Shown one piece after another: positions 37,859-51,814 of a DNA stretch of 64,000 bases. The position numbers and the translations under genes were made by a program. Source of the DNA: Octopus vulgaris (lineage: Eukaryota); the NCBI GenBank assembly GCA_951406725.2, contig OX597822.1, positions 29,078,001-29,142,000 on the forward strand, read 5' to 3'. Below the pieces are notes generated by a model that did no database searches, was not told the DNA's origin, and was given only the letters and a program-made list of their open reading frames with translations. Position 1 is the first letter of the stretch. The number at the start of each line of letters is the position of its first letter.

Positions 37859-38269
37859 TTGCAGAAATAATGCTTTGGACCAACCAGGGTATTTGTACTA
37901 AAATTGAGGGCAATACTGATATTACTCCTTTCGTAAGAGGCTCAGAGAATCATAAACAGCAGAATAATTATACAAGATGCACAGAAAGGAAAACTCATTA
38001 AACAGGTAAGCTAGTGGGGGGCAATTTTAGTTGGGAGTTTTTTTTCTTACCTATTAGGTGAACGTCTTGAGTTTCACTCTGAAAGTCAAGACGTTATATG
38101 TGAGGAGTGAGGTCTTATTTAATTTCAGTATGCAGTGTGTTTTTTGCTTGGTTGCACATTGCACTGTCTAATTGAAGAGATCAGAGTGTGCATAATTTTT
38201 ACTGGGAAAACAATATAAATACATTAGTGACTAAATAGTGTTTTTCTATTTATGTAATTCGATGACGAG

Positions 38270-38968
38270 CACGAGCACCATATGAGCATGATCGTTGACA
38301 GAGCGGCTAACCGGCTTTCGTGCATGTGGCACATAAAAGGCACCATTCGAGTGTGATCGTTGCCAGCTTTGCCTTACTGGCACTTGTGCCCCGTGCTAGT
38401 AGGGTGCTAAGAGCACCATCCGAGTGTGATCATTGCCAGAGCGGCTAACTGGCTTCCGTGCCGGTGGCATGTAGGAGGCACCACTGTACAAGTAGGGTGC
38501 TAAGAGCACCATCCGAGCGTGATCGTTGCCAGAGCGGCTAACTGGCTTCCGTGCCGGTGGCATGTAGGAGGCACCACTGTACTAGTAGGGTGCTAAGAGC
38601 ACCATCCGAGCGTGATTGTTGCCAGAGCAGCTAACTGGCTTCCGTGCCGGTGGCATGTAGGAGGCACCATTTGTGCGGGATCGCTACCAGCATCGCCTTA
38701 CTGGCACCTGTGCCGTTGGCATGTGTAAAATATTTGAGCGAGGTCATTGCCAGTACCGCCTGACTGGCCCCCATGCCGGTGGCATGTAAAAGCACCCACT
38801 ACACTCTCAGAGTTGTTGGCGTTAGGAAGGGCATCCAACTGTAGAAACTCTGCCAGATCAAGACTGGAGCCTGGTGCAGCCATCTGGTTCGCCAACCCAC
38901 AGTCAAACCGTCCAACCCATGCTAGCATGGAAAGTGGACGTTAAACGACGACGACAGTGATGATGATG
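38270..38968 (+). mobile_element. RTE 3'-UTR copy containing a 93-bp tandem repeat x3 (38401-38669)
   Basis: Units start at 38401, 38494 and 38587 (agggtgctaagagcacc...). Ends with the shared RTE tail and (GAC/GAT)n. Confidence 0.88.
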
Positions 38969-40183
38969 TACAATACCATGTGTGTAGCAGAGATGTGGGA
39001 AATTGTGTGACTGTAAACCAAGAATTTGGAATTGTTTTGGGTACTAGCTCACTGGGAACTTACCAATCACTCTATGGTACTCACCACTCAGCATCATTGC
39101 CCTGAATATTGATTTCTTACATTGATACAAGCCACAACTGTGTAGGATGGTTAGTATGATAAATTGAATTGATTACCATTATTGTATTGGTACTTATTTA
39201 TTGATCAAAGATAGATGAAAGACAAAGTTGGTTCTCGTGGGAATTTTAGAAACTAATTAAAATCTGTAAGGGCATTCTATTCTTTCTGCCATACTACCAC
39301 CTTTGATTATGTTAATTATTAAATAATAATAGTAATAATTGAACAGTGCAAAGCAGGTGAGCTAAAGGACATAGGAATATTCACTATGGTTTATATTAGA
39401 CTACACTGAAGCTTAGATATTTTCTACTTTCATATTATCACTTATGATCTCTTGTTTTATTCCTGTAGGAGATAATTACTTAGATAATGCTTGAGTGAAT
39501 TGCATAATATTTAACATGGGCTATTTGAAAATCATAGCTTATAGCAATAATCCTTTTGTGATTTATTTCTGAATGGTTCAAACCAAACAAGATTATGAAT
39601 TAAACAGCAGGTCAATAATGAGTGGCTTTTTTTTATAATTATTTATTCAATATCACCTCATGCAAAGCTTGTAGGATACTTTTAAGGAAAAAGCAGTATG
39701 GCATTAATGCCATAAAATCTCTATATGCTTTAATATTCAAGATACCAAAGAAAAAATAGCTATAAAATAAGGGAGGAAAAATATTTAAATGAAATAGAAT
39801 GAGAAGATAATGAAAGAACTGATGAGAAAAGATAATGATGACAATAAAATATACTGTAAATGAGATGATAATCAAGAAACTAATAATGTGAGATTGTCAT
39901 GATAGAAGAGATAAAAATATTATATTGAAGGAAACTGCCAACATTAGGCAATGTACTTGTTAATCCTGGATTTTAAAAGATCAAGGTTGTGATCTGCAGG
40001 AAAACAATGGAGAGAGAATTTATTCTACAGTTCAGTTGTTGTTGTTGAGTGAATTTGTGTATGAAACATGCAGCATGTCTGTGAGATATCCTGGAAACCT
40101 GATGTGATTCACTGACATTGGCAAACTGAACTCTGATAGTAAATTCCTAGAATGGTGAGATTAGGGAATTATAGACATTTAAC

Positions 40184-40612
40184 CCTTTAGAATTTAAACT
40201 GGCCATATCTGGCCCAAATATTCTATCTGTTCATATTGATCTGGCCTCTTATACCTCCACAATGTCATTCTAAAAATGATGAATGATATCTTTGAAATCT
40301 CAAAAATATGAGGTAAGGCATGATTAATCCTTTAGCATTTAAACCAGACATATCTAACCAAAATATTCCATCTGCTTTATGTAAAAACAGGCCAGCTCCA
40401 GCCTCTCACACCTACTCTACAATGTTAGTCTAAAAATAAACAATCACCTCATTGAAATCTCAAAGCTGCAAGAAGATGCAGGATAAATTTAAAACAATGT
40501 GAATAAATAACCATTACATTTGGTGGTGAAATCTGAATGCACGACTGGTTAATTCAAATCAATGTGAATAAATATGCATTGTATTTGACAGAGTAATCCG
40601 AATGCTAAAGAA
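40184..40612 (+). mobile_element. piggyBac-like MITE family 1 with another family 1 copy nested at its internal TTAA
   Basis: The outer copy breaks at gcatgaTTAA (about 40324) and resumes at TTAAttcaaatc (about 40548). Confidence 0.75.
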
Positions 40613-41199
40613 GTTATGAAAAAGAATTAGACTTGAAACGTTTTGTTGGAGTCAAAAAAATAAATAAATAAAAGCCCATCATCACCAGCTATACTATGCA
40701 TTTAGTTTTTGCATTCTGTCAAGATCTTCGAAGGAACTTGCATGTATGTGGGAGCAGAATACCATTTTCCAGTGGATCTAGCTGTTATATAGATACCATA
40801 CAGTAACTGGAATTTTTTTTCAATGGAAGAATGAATTCTCAATTCTAGCCACTACTGTGGCAACAGATGTGATGTAGCAAACCCATATGAACTCAAGTGT
40901 GAATACAAGATGGTAAGAGTTTATTCAAACAAGGAAACTATATATAATGCTTACTTATTCATGTTGTTTTGAATTAAATCATATATTATCTCACAACTTT
41001 TGCTATTTTGATGGTGTGATTGATTATTTTTAAAATGGCATCATAGGTTAGGTGTGAGAGGCTAGATCTGGCTGGTTTGAACAGGCCAGTTTAAATGCTA
41101 AAGGGTTAAAATAGAATGAAGATCAGCAATTTCACAATGATAGCGGAAAGATAAACTAAGTTGGTGTCTTGGAAATGTTGGCCAAGAGAGAATGAAATC

Positions 41200-41620
41200 T
41201 TTTACAAATCACTTTAGATGGAATGACACATTAAAGAAAATTCTTTGCTCTGTATACAAGAAACAACCACTATTAAACATTTTTGGTACTAATCTACCAA
41301 AAAGAGATAATAATTGCTGGACAAATATTAGGGCTTGTAGTGAGGAAGAGGTGAATTGGATTAGGATTTTGGTCTCTAACATCTTGGATGTGAATTGGAG
41401 AGTCAATAATTTGGTTTTGGTTTTATGCCACAAAGAAACCATAAAAGTGTTTGCTGTCAGTGTCTGTTTTGTTGGAATGTAAGAGATTTTTGTGGTGGAT
41501 GTTGACATATCTGGGTGCCTGCTGATGGATAATCCAACAGAATTTTGTCATTTTGGCATGCAGAAGTTTGGTTAGTAGCTGCACTTTCATCATCCCAAGT
41601 GAATATGTCAGCTGTAGCAT
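41200..41620 (-). mobile_element. Decayed LINE APE-endonuclease fragment
   Basis: Minus strand reads VNIHHKNLLHSNKTD...QIIDSPIHIQD...PNPIHLFLTTSP, similar to the FNVHH..WL.S..TD...QIV..PT.IPD...LDLFLTS.P motif. Confidence 0.55.
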
Positions 41621-43449
41621 GAAGAAGAGTCTGAGACAGGTCTGGCTAGTTTGAAAATAAAACAATGTAGAATATTTAGGCTGGAATGTGGCTGGTTTAA
41701 AAGCTGAAGGGTAAAGACACTGACAGCTCACATCAGTTTTCCAACCTGGTATTTCTCTGTCATCCTGTGAGGGACAATGACAGCTTCTGCCATCATTTTT
41801 AGTGCTGCTAGACTACAATGAACTCAATGGTTTTGGGTTTGTTGATTTAACAGCTGTGATTGGACTTAGTGATAGCATATTACTGTAAGCATAGGACTAT
41901 AAACCTTGTCTTATATTCTTTAATATGATTCTGTTATTGTGATAAAATTTATAGACCATACAGGTATTTAGGTACCATAGAAATTTTCAACTTGTATTTA
42001 ATGTATTTAATGCAAATCAGCTACGCTTAACCTTTTCGCTTCCTAAGTTATAACCATGGTTGCATTTGAACTCGGTGCCATAAGCTAGCAAGGCACTTAA
42101 CATTTATTTCTATAGCAGTGTGCTTTACCTATACATCATTACTGTTTACAGCTAGGTGACATGTAACTGTTTGGCACGTTACAGTGTTGGTAACATAATA
42201 TAAACTCACTGATTGTTCAGCCAGAGGTTGATACATATCTGCTCAGTTAATTTAAGTGTTTTGTGTCAAAGATTGTTAGATAATTTGACTACTTTTTAAT
42301 GATTTTTTTAAAGTATTGATTGGTGGTTCGTTTAAGTTTTCCTTTCTCTTAGGTGCAGGTGTCACCATGTAATTAAGAAGTTTGCTTCATAACCACATGG
42401 TTTCCACTTTAACCACAGGGCAACCAAAGTCTTGTGAGTGGGTTTAGTAGACAGAAACTGAAAGAAGCTGTGTGTGTCTGTGTCCCTTGCCTCCCACTCC
42501 ATGATTGTTATAAATGAATGTCCTTTATTTCTAATATTCCATGAAAATCTGTTTGATCATATTACTTTGCTTAGAAACGGACTGTCAATAGGAAGGGCAT
42601 TTAGCCATAGAAAATCTGTCTCATTAAACTGTCTGACCCCATGCAAGTTTGGAAAAGTGGACATCAAAATGATGATGATTCTTCTTTTTTAAATTGGATT
42701 CAATTATAATTAAAGTACTAGATTATAATTCATCATTATCCTCATCGTTTAACATCTGCTTTCCATGCTGGCATGGGTTGGATAGTTTGACATGAGCTAG
42801 CTAGCATGGAGCTGTTGTCTGTTGTGGCATGGTTTCTTCAGCTGGATGCCCTTCCTAACTGTAGAAATCGTGCCACAGCTGGAGTTTGAACAGTTCCCTG
42901 CTTGCCAGCTTCATGTCAAACTATCCAACCCCTACCAGCATGGAAAGTAGACATTAAACGATGATGTTGATTAATTATAATTATAAAAGTGGATGTTAAA
43001 TGTTGTGATGATGAATTACAATTATAATTATTATTATAATTATAAATAAAAAATTAAGGCACTGAATTTGAAATTAACTAAATCTTAGAGTATTTCATTT
43101 TAACAAGGCGGAAACACTTGATTTGTTTAAGATGGAGTGGTTGTGGTGGTGGAGGAAAATAGAGCAGTTTGACAACCATACTTTTTTTTCTTGCTGAAAA
43201 CACTAGCAAAATAAAGAAAAAAAAATGGAGTTTGTTTCAATTGGGACTTGTGAGTAGCATATAGAGGAACGACTCAACCCACTTGGGAACTCTTAGTTGT
43301 TTCAGTGGCATTTGTTACATCATCTTGAGCTTTATCATTCATTTTAGGTCAGTTTAATTACTTGAAGTTATGTGCTTCACACTGATTAGCTATACCAGTG
43401 GTTCTCTACTGGGGACCATATATCCCTGGGGGGGGGGGTCCATATAAGA

Positions 43450-43941
43450 TTTTGTTGCTAAAATTTATCGGCAATAAAGTGGTTATACTTTTGCAATACA
43501 CAAAATATTTTACCAATTTTTTAAATACAATTTCTAATATTAAATTATGAAAATATAAATATGATTTTAAAGTAGTTGTATACTGTCAACTTAATGTGAC
43601 AGCCCCATGAAGGGAATCATACTACTGCTATTTAGCCCTAGGAAGCAGCAATGCTTCCTGTCAGCCTTGACACATTTCCTGTGTCCTTATGTTTGCAAGC
43701 ATAAAGGATGCAGGAAATGTGTCATGGTCGACAGGAAGCATTGATGCTTCCTAGGGCTAAATAGCAGTAGTATGATTCCTTCATGGGGCTGTCACATTAA
43801 GTTGACAGTATACAACTACTTTAAAATCATATTTATATTTTCATAATTTAATATTAGAAATTGTATTTAAAAAATTGGTAAAATATTTTGTGTATTGCAA
43901 AAGTATAACCACTTTATTGCCGATAAATTTTAGCAACAAAA
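43450..43941. repeat. 492-bp near-perfect palindrome inside a hAT MITE (43396 to about 43967)
   Basis: Centre ttgcaa at 43693-43698; the arms are reverse complements, read directly. Confidence 0.95.
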
Positions 43942-45588
43942 AAGTAAAAAATGGTTGTGAAACATAGAGCTAGATGATAACTGTCCTACTTCATTATTGA
44001 GTATTTTGCTCTATACAAGCAGCTACATGTAGTTTGACTTACTGTGAAACCATTGACTTAGTAGATTGAAAGTCTTCAGTTTTAGTTACCTGGAAGCTAA
44101 GCAGTTAAGACCCTTCCCCACCAGCAAACAATATATAGTTATTGGATTGCCTAAATTGGATCTTGTCCAATGAGAATGAATGAACACAATGCTGTGCTAT
44201 AGTCATATTAGTCATCATCACCAATGTCCTTTTCATGTCCACTTTTCCATGCTCACCAACATCATCATCATCATCATCATCGTTTAACGTCCGCTTTCCA
44301 TGCTAGCATGGGTTGGATGGTTCAACTGGGATCTGGGAAGCCAGAAGGCTGCACCAGGCCCAGTCTGATCTGGCAGTGTTTCTACAGCTGGATGCCCTTC
44401 CTAACGCCAACTACTCCAAGGAAATGCATTGAAGCAGATTTTCTATGGGCAGATGCCCTTCCTATTGCTGATCTTCACCTGTTTCAAAGTAAGGTAATAT
44501 TTTCCCATGATCAGATGTTTTCATGGAAGATTGGAAAATGGACACTGCTTGTATGCATGTGACACTTGTTTACAGCTGTCTTTCAATGTTAGGACAAGTA
44601 AACAGTAAAGCACACATACACATATGATGGGCTTCTTTCAGCTTCTGTCTACTAGATTCCCTCACAAGGTTTTAATCAGCCTCCTGCCTATAGTAGGAGA
44701 CACTTGCCTGAGGTTCTACGCAGTAGTACTGAACTTGAAGCCATGTGGTTGGGATGTAAAAGTCTTGACCCCACATTTATACCATGCTTTAGTATTGTTA
44801 AAATTGTTTGTGTACAAGGCCTGCGGAGCAAGTGTCATGCCTGTGACAAGTTAAAACCAGTTTTAATTCTCTGTTAATGTAGGTCCATTTCACTGACATT
44901 GCTAATACCCTTGGAAAAGACAAGAACATAACTTCCTAATTTCCCCTTCTTTAAAAATATAGGGATTAAAGAGGCAGTAGTCAAAGTGAAACAAGTCATA
45001 AAGCATTTATTTGTACTCAGTTCCCAGCAACACATATCTATTGATAGTTCTTTCTGAACCTACATTTTGCTTAGGAGTGGATTTAATGATTTTTCTTTTT
45101 TATTCAATAATTTTTATGCAGCTTCTAACAGTTGCATGGTTATTTTGTATAGTTGACACTCATGTCGTTGATGATTGAAAATGACGAAAATCCACGCTAG
45201 ATTACCCAGAAACTGATTAAATATGCATGGTGTTTCAAACTTCACATCCTGTTGGGATCAGCTCGAATTTTTCTTGTTATACTTTCTCATGTCATTATAA
45301 AAAGCATATACACCATCAATATACTAGATATCGACTCAATGCAATATACACTCACCTCGAAAAAGAGAAATAGCTTTTTTGCTTTGCTTTGTTAAGAGGA
45401 ATCAATATTATGGTTAAGTTTCCAGTCGGTAACTAACACAAGCAACTACATGCTGTATCTCTTGTGATTATTTTCCTTCTATTGTAATTTGAGTGTGCAA
45501 GCATATACAACATGCGCGTATGCACTCCCAAACAATGAATTTGTGTCTCCAATACATTACAATTAAATTGTTTAAATATTTAAAATAA

Positions 45589-45976
45589 GGCATAGGAGTG
45601 GCTGTGTGGTAAGTAGCTTGCTTACCAACCACATGGTTCCGGGTTCAGCCCCACTGTGTGGCACCTTGGGCAAGTGTCTCCTACTATAGCCTCGGGCCGA
45701 CCAAAGCCTTGTGAGTGGATTTGGTAGACGGAAACTGAAAAAAGCCTATCGTGTGTGTGTGTGTGTGTATGTTTCTGTGTCTGTGTTCGTCCCCCCAATA
45801 TCGCTTGACAATTGATGCTGGTGTGTTTACGTCCCCATAACTTAGCGGTTCAGCAAAACAGACCGATAGAATAAGTACTACGTTTACAAAGAATAAGTCC
45901 TGGGGTCGATTTTCTCAACTAAAGGTGGTGCTCCAGCATGGCCGCAGTCAAATGACTGAAACGAGTAAAAGAGTAA
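45589..45976 (+). mobile_element. tRNA-derived SINE family A, full length
   Basis: Match to 52296-52710. Confidence 0.9.
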
Positions 45977-48051
45977 GTGTTAGTTTGTTTTTGTTGGCTA
46001 TTTTCTATGTTCTGTTGCTTAATACTAGCCTCAAATGGTTTTTAAAAAATTATTTGTTTGGTGGGGTATCAGGTGTTGTTATAAATTAGGTCAGCACCTA
46101 AAATTGTGTGTGTGTGATCTTTAGGGAGCTTGCTGGCTCTTTATAAGTAAGTGCTTCCTTGTGGGTTAATTAGATATATTTACGGAGGGGAAAAAAGTGG
46201 AGGAAAAGAATCCAACTTGTGTGAACTGAAATTTTCCAAATTCTTTTTCATTTGTGTCCATCATCTATTGTGAATATGTATTACTACTTTAAAATGTGTA
46301 TAGTTTGGCCACCCTTAAGTATTCATGTTAAATATATTTATTATTAATGTAAAATATATATGGGCATTTATATTTAGTAAATATATGTATATGGGTATAT
46401 ATTTATTTGTAAAATAAAAACAGTAAATGTGTGTATATATTTAGTAAATGTAAATATATTAATTAAAATATATTCAATAATTATATGATTCTTCTGCATT
46501 ACAAATAGTAAAATTAGAACTACAGAAAATTTAGCATAACTCTTGTGTAAGGACAACAAATTTGTGAAGGCATTCTATATTTTTTAGTGGTTGTGCTGCA
46601 GCATGGCCACAACTTGTAGGCTGAAACAGGTACAAGAGTATTTGCTCTTTGAAAAGAAGAAAATAACAAAATCTGTGGTTTGAGAATTCAGATTTCTTTG
46701 TTTTGGAACAGTGCTTGCCTAAACTGTTTTTGGGTTTCCAGGGCCCGCATCTTCTGTGTGATTGGGGCAAAACCATTTTCCTTGACTCTTGTGTTTGTTC
46801 AAAATATGCTTGATTTAAGAAACCATGTTCTCCATGATTTAAGGACGGGGATTTAGCTATGAAAGGGAAACCCAAGGGCAGCCTAAAGCTTTTGTGATTA
46901 AAGGTTGTCTCCGTGATGTGCATGAGCCGTTTTCATGACAAGCCAAACCCATGACTGTCACTAGAAGTGGCAAGGTATGGGTTTTTTAGATAGAAGGAGC
47001 TTACCATAATAGTCTGATGCAGCTGAAAGTGAGGTTGTCTCCAAGGACTCCTTTAACTACCAAGGAGATTATCATTATGGACAGATGGGGACTTGGCCTA
47101 AATCAGTGGAGTTGCTTTTGCTGTAGTTTGTAGGATTCTGTGTGATTAAGACAAAATTGTTTTATATTAAGTTTGTTTGGTCACCTTCACTAGAGCCAGG
47201 GACTCATGTTTTGATATCGTAAGGAGATTTAATTACCACAGAGTTCACAGGGAGGAAAGATTGTCTCCCTGCTATGTAAGTAGAAGGAGCTTACATTGGC
47301 TGTCTAAGGCTATGAGGAATTTGGGTGTCTCCATACTGTCAAGAGTAGTGGAGGGATTAGAACGGCAGATATGCATACCAACCAGTGATTCTGGATATAT
47401 TTTCATCATTGTGCATAACCGTTGATAATTTTTACTTGTATAAATATTATTGTCTGCTAGACTAGATTTGAATGGTATGTTAAACAAAGAAAAGCATGTA
47501 ACTGCAGAATGCATGTGTATAAATGGTGAGGTGGGGTGGGGCTTATAACTATGTCCATGTTTGTCCTGGGCCAATCAATGCCTTATGAGTGAATTTGGTA
47601 GATGCTATATTGAAGTCTGTCATGTGTGTCTCTGTGTGTGTATGTCTTGTTCGTCCATTCCACCACTTGCTCTGTGGGCGATTTGTTTGACTAACACCCT
47701 CCTAGGTGGTGCTCCAGCATAGCTGCAGATTAATGGCTTAAACAAGTTAAAAAAAAAAAAAATGGTATTTAGGTTTGTGGCTTGTCATCTTGTGTGATTT
47801 GTTAAATCCCATTCAGATTAAGTGAACAACTGCTCTGAAGACAATAACAAAGTCATGATGAGGAATAACTGCTAGTCTTTTTGAACTGATAGACCAGGTG
47901 ATTATATATGAGTGGGAAATGTACTGAGCAATTGCACAGGTGCTTTCCTCATTGCTTATTAATGTGGTACATCCAACAGAGCATTACTAACTGAATTAGT
48001 AATTCTCTACTCACCACATTTCTCCAATCCCTTCATTCACTGGATTACATA

Positions 48052-48090
<39 letters not shown>

Positions 48091-48990
48091 GTTTATCTTA
48101 CTGAATGCAAAATTTCTTGTTGCCAAGAAACAGTAGCCCTTCTAAAATATTAAACCATAACCATTATGTTATTGATAACAGCTCATCAAATGAGAATTAC
48201 TTTACATAACAGAACATGTATCTACTACTTCCTCCAGAGATCCATGTCACCTGTATATGGCTGTCTTTGCTGATAATTATTCTTTTTTTTTTTTTTTGTG
48301 TATCTGGTGCACCTGAAATTTTACATCTCTGTCTGTTAGACATCCCTATGCAGTGCACCTGTTGTTTTACTACTTATTGTTTGTAGCCATTATATGCACT
48401 ATCAGATTTCTGTCAATTGCTATCCTACATTTCAAGCAACATGCTAGATGCAAGGTAGAGTATGTCTGTGAATATGTTGTGTCACTCAAATCTGTGGGAT
48501 TATAAGCTTTTTAATCTTTGGGACGGACTGACTTTGAAAATAAAATAAAATAAATAAAATATGAAGAATAAAGTCAAAAACAGTTGCATGTGATTGAAAT
48601 TTCCTGAAGTTTGAGCTCTTTAGATTAAAGCTAATACTTTTCACTTTTGTAGGGAGGAAAAGCATTATTGTGTGTGTTCAGTTTCATGAATAGAATTAAA
48701 GAAAGTCACACACATTGTCTGCATGTGTGTGCGTATGTGTGAGTGAATGATCGTTTTCATTTGTGCTTCTCAGGAAATTGCTGAGCTGTGACTGGTGTCA
48801 TGTTGTCATTTTAGCAAAACATCTGCTGACCTTGTGCTTTCAAAGATGTGTAGAATAAGAGATCTCTTGCTTGAAAAATAGGTAAGGCTTAGTAACAGGA
48901 AAGGCATTCAACTGTACAGCAATGCTTCAGTAATACACATGGTAGCTTGGGAAAATATGAACAGGAACATAAAAATAAATATGTATATAG

Positions 48991-49167
48991 ATTGTTAGCC
49001 ACGACACACATTTTTTTTCTCTCCTTGGTTTTTTCTGTGTCCCTTTCTGTAGAAGAGCGTAGGCTCGAAATGTAAAAGACTTTTTCTATCCCTGAGTGTT
49101 ATACTAATACATCTGTTTGTTTTGTACACCACCTGTCTTCGTCTTGTTTTTTTCGTAAACTCTCCCT
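48991..49167 (+). mobile_element. Short hammerhead-carrying repeat (Penelope-like non-autonomous element)
   Basis: Homologous along its length to 57721-57927 (-) and in part to 58511-58631 (-). Ends in a (TA)n/(TG)n tract. Confidence 0.75.
49043..49078 (+). ncRNA. Minimal type-I hammerhead ribozyme motif (variant core, stem III CG changed to TG)
   Basis: CTTT-CTGTAGA-A-GAGC-GTAG-GCTC-GAAA-TG-TA-AAAG. Confidence 0.6.
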
Positions 49168-50161
49168 ATATATATGTATGTATGTGTGTGTGTGTGTGTG
49201 TGTACGTGTACACACCACTATGGATTTTCTTTTTTATGTTCACTTTTCTGTGCTTGCTATGGATTTTATTGAAGCCAAGGTAATATTTTATCATAGCCAG
49301 GCATGTTTTTCCCAGAATATTGGAAATGAATGACACTACTTGTATGTCAGTGACACTAATTTACAGTTATCACATGATGTCTAGACAAGGATGCATGCAT
49401 ACATGCATGCAGAGAGAGAGATAGAGAGAATACTTGTTTCATATATTCTGCTTACCAAATCCACTCACAAGTTTTTGGTCAGCCTAAGGCCATAATAGAA
49501 GACATTTGTCTTCAGTACCATACAGTGTAATGGAATCGAAACCATGTTTGGGTGGGAAGTAAGCTTCTTAACCACCAGCCATGTCTGTGCAAATTTATGT
49601 TGTGGGTTTGATTCCCAGACTGGATGTTGCATCATGTTGTTGAGCAAAGCACTTCATTTCATGTTGCTCTGCGATCATTTTGTCATCTGACATGTGGCAC
49701 ATGGTGCACCTGTACAGGTAATGTTGATTTGATGAAGGGAGTGAGTTTATGTGTACACAAACATTTGGTCACTATAAACAAACCATCTGTGAGGTTGATC
49801 GGCAAAAAATTACCGAACCCTCATACGTCATCTAACGATGGGAGAGTCCATGATAATTACCATTAGAAATCACTGTCTCATTGTTAGGTGCATCTCTTCA
49901 GGGTTGCCACAACGAACATTAGTACAATAAAAAATAAGTGTGAGGAAATGTTATGGGGGGATAATAGAGTGGATATGAATAGCTACATACCGTACAAGAG
50001 GTCAAATGGAAGGAAACCTCATCCAAGCTAATTGGGCACCATTGTTCCAATTGGTATGATTGCTTAAAACTGGCTTGTATTTCTTAGAGGTTGAGGTTTA
50101 AAAAATTGAATTAGAGATTTAGCTTGTTTCTTAATTTGAATTTCAATGTTCTATTTTACAG

Positions 50162-50264
50162 ATGAGGAGGGTAATATGACTTGGCCAGATATACTGAAAT
50201 TTCTCTTAGACTGCGCAAGCTCTGAAGATCCTCGACTTAAAGAAAGTGCACTTCACATCTTCAG
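50162..50264 (+). CDS. IPO5: Importin-5 coding exon, (D)EEGNMTWPDILKFLLDCASSEDPRLKESALHIF
   Basis: Acceptor ctattttacag and donor AG|gtattt; 103 nt, phase 1/2 compatible with neighbours. Matches IPO5 DEDGNNQWPEGLKFLFDS...LREAALHIF. Confidence 0.95.
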
Positions 50265-51814
50265 GTATTTTTATTTTATTTCTTTTCTTTTCTTTTTGTT
50301 AACTAGCTAGTATTGATTTTCATCTTGGAAAGAAGATATTGCATTCTCTTTTACTGCAAGTTTTGTAATGTCCTGGGCTGCATGCAACTGCAATTCAAAT
50401 GGTGGTGTTCTTGGGACTTGAAAGACAGTAGCTAAGCACTTTTCTGTGCAAGAAACAAAGTTTAGCCTCATTGTAGTAATAACTTTCTGCAGAAATATTG
50501 AGATATTGCCTGGAAATACCAGCCATGGCCATGCTGTCTTTCAAGATTTTGATGATGTGATTGTTTATTTCTAAAATGACATTGTAGGGTAGGTGTGAAA
50601 GGCTGGTTCTGGCTGGTTTGAACATAGGTCAAATATTTTGGCTGGATATGGCTGGTTTAAATGCTGAAGGGTTAAAAGTGATAAGCTGTGATTTCAAGAG
50701 ATTTGGTTACTATTTCTAGCAAGTCAAGCAGCTGTGTAGAGGCTTCCACACAGGCTTGGTTGTTTGTCTTCCCAGTCAGGATGAAAATTATTTGGCTCTC
50801 AGCCCACCTGTTTTGTACACAAATTATTGGATGGTAGCTTTCCTGAAATTTATTGTGCATGTTGTGAATTCATTTATCTTACACAATCCCGTTTATCTCT
50901 AAATTCATTGAATCATAGCAATTTTCCTGCTAAGTGTATACCAAACCCCCAAAAATTAATATCCTATGATGAGTTTGGTTGACACTCCCTTCCACCTTCA
51001 TAAAACACACACACCTACTTGTTCTGAATGAAGTCTACTCATCCTACTGAACCATGTGGAAATAAGAAAGGTGTGGTTGTGTTGCTTGGTGACATCATAA
51101 CATACTTATTCCTGGCACAAACTATATTGTCTGCTGCACCAATGTATCATGTCAATCCTGTTTTCATGGTGACATTTTCAGTTTGGTTATATTACTTGAA
51201 GCTTTCTGCTAGATGAATCAAAGCCCAATCTTCCACCAACTGGCTGTGATTAAGCTACCCGGAAGCAACTTGAGAGCTGTCTTCCTGGATGCTTAACCTT
51301 CTTTACATCATATTGGTTACGTATGTGAGTGTTAGTTCTACATGAATTAACTTCACCACAACATACAAAGCCATGCTCTGCTGAGGCACAATTCAGAAGA
51401 CAAAAAAAAAAGTTTCAATAAAAATGTATAAGCTATGATTGTAAGATTTTTAGTAAAGATGGGTATGATTAATTCCAAGACATTATTGGAGAACACGTCG
51501 AACATAAAAATACATCACTGAGATGCATATTTGGATATAATACATCAACTCTGTTTTATCATATTTCTGTTGGAATATAGGGTGTTTCTTTCAAATAATT
51601 TTTTTTTAAATATAGTAAAATAGCTTCATTTAAGTTAGTAATTGAAACATAAGCATAAAATTTTGATGGATTGTTTCAATATTGACAACTTTAAAAAGCA
51701 TGAAGTTAATAGTGTAATAGAACCAAAGGCACTCTCAAGTGAGTTGGTAACAAAAGATTTAAGCTGTGTGTCTACGTGTGTGTGCATGTAGAAGTACAAA
51801 TAGACATGCATATA

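Noticed and set aside
38270-38800. CRISPR-like look of the recurring palindromic gccggtggca...gcacc motif (also 7310-7560)
   Set aside because: The 'spacers' are homologous to each other, the array is part of a LINE 3' UTR in eukaryotic DNA, and there are no cas genes.
46531-47574. Several ORFs of 80-130 aa, possibly a retroelement relic
   Set aside because: No motif I can identify with confidence.
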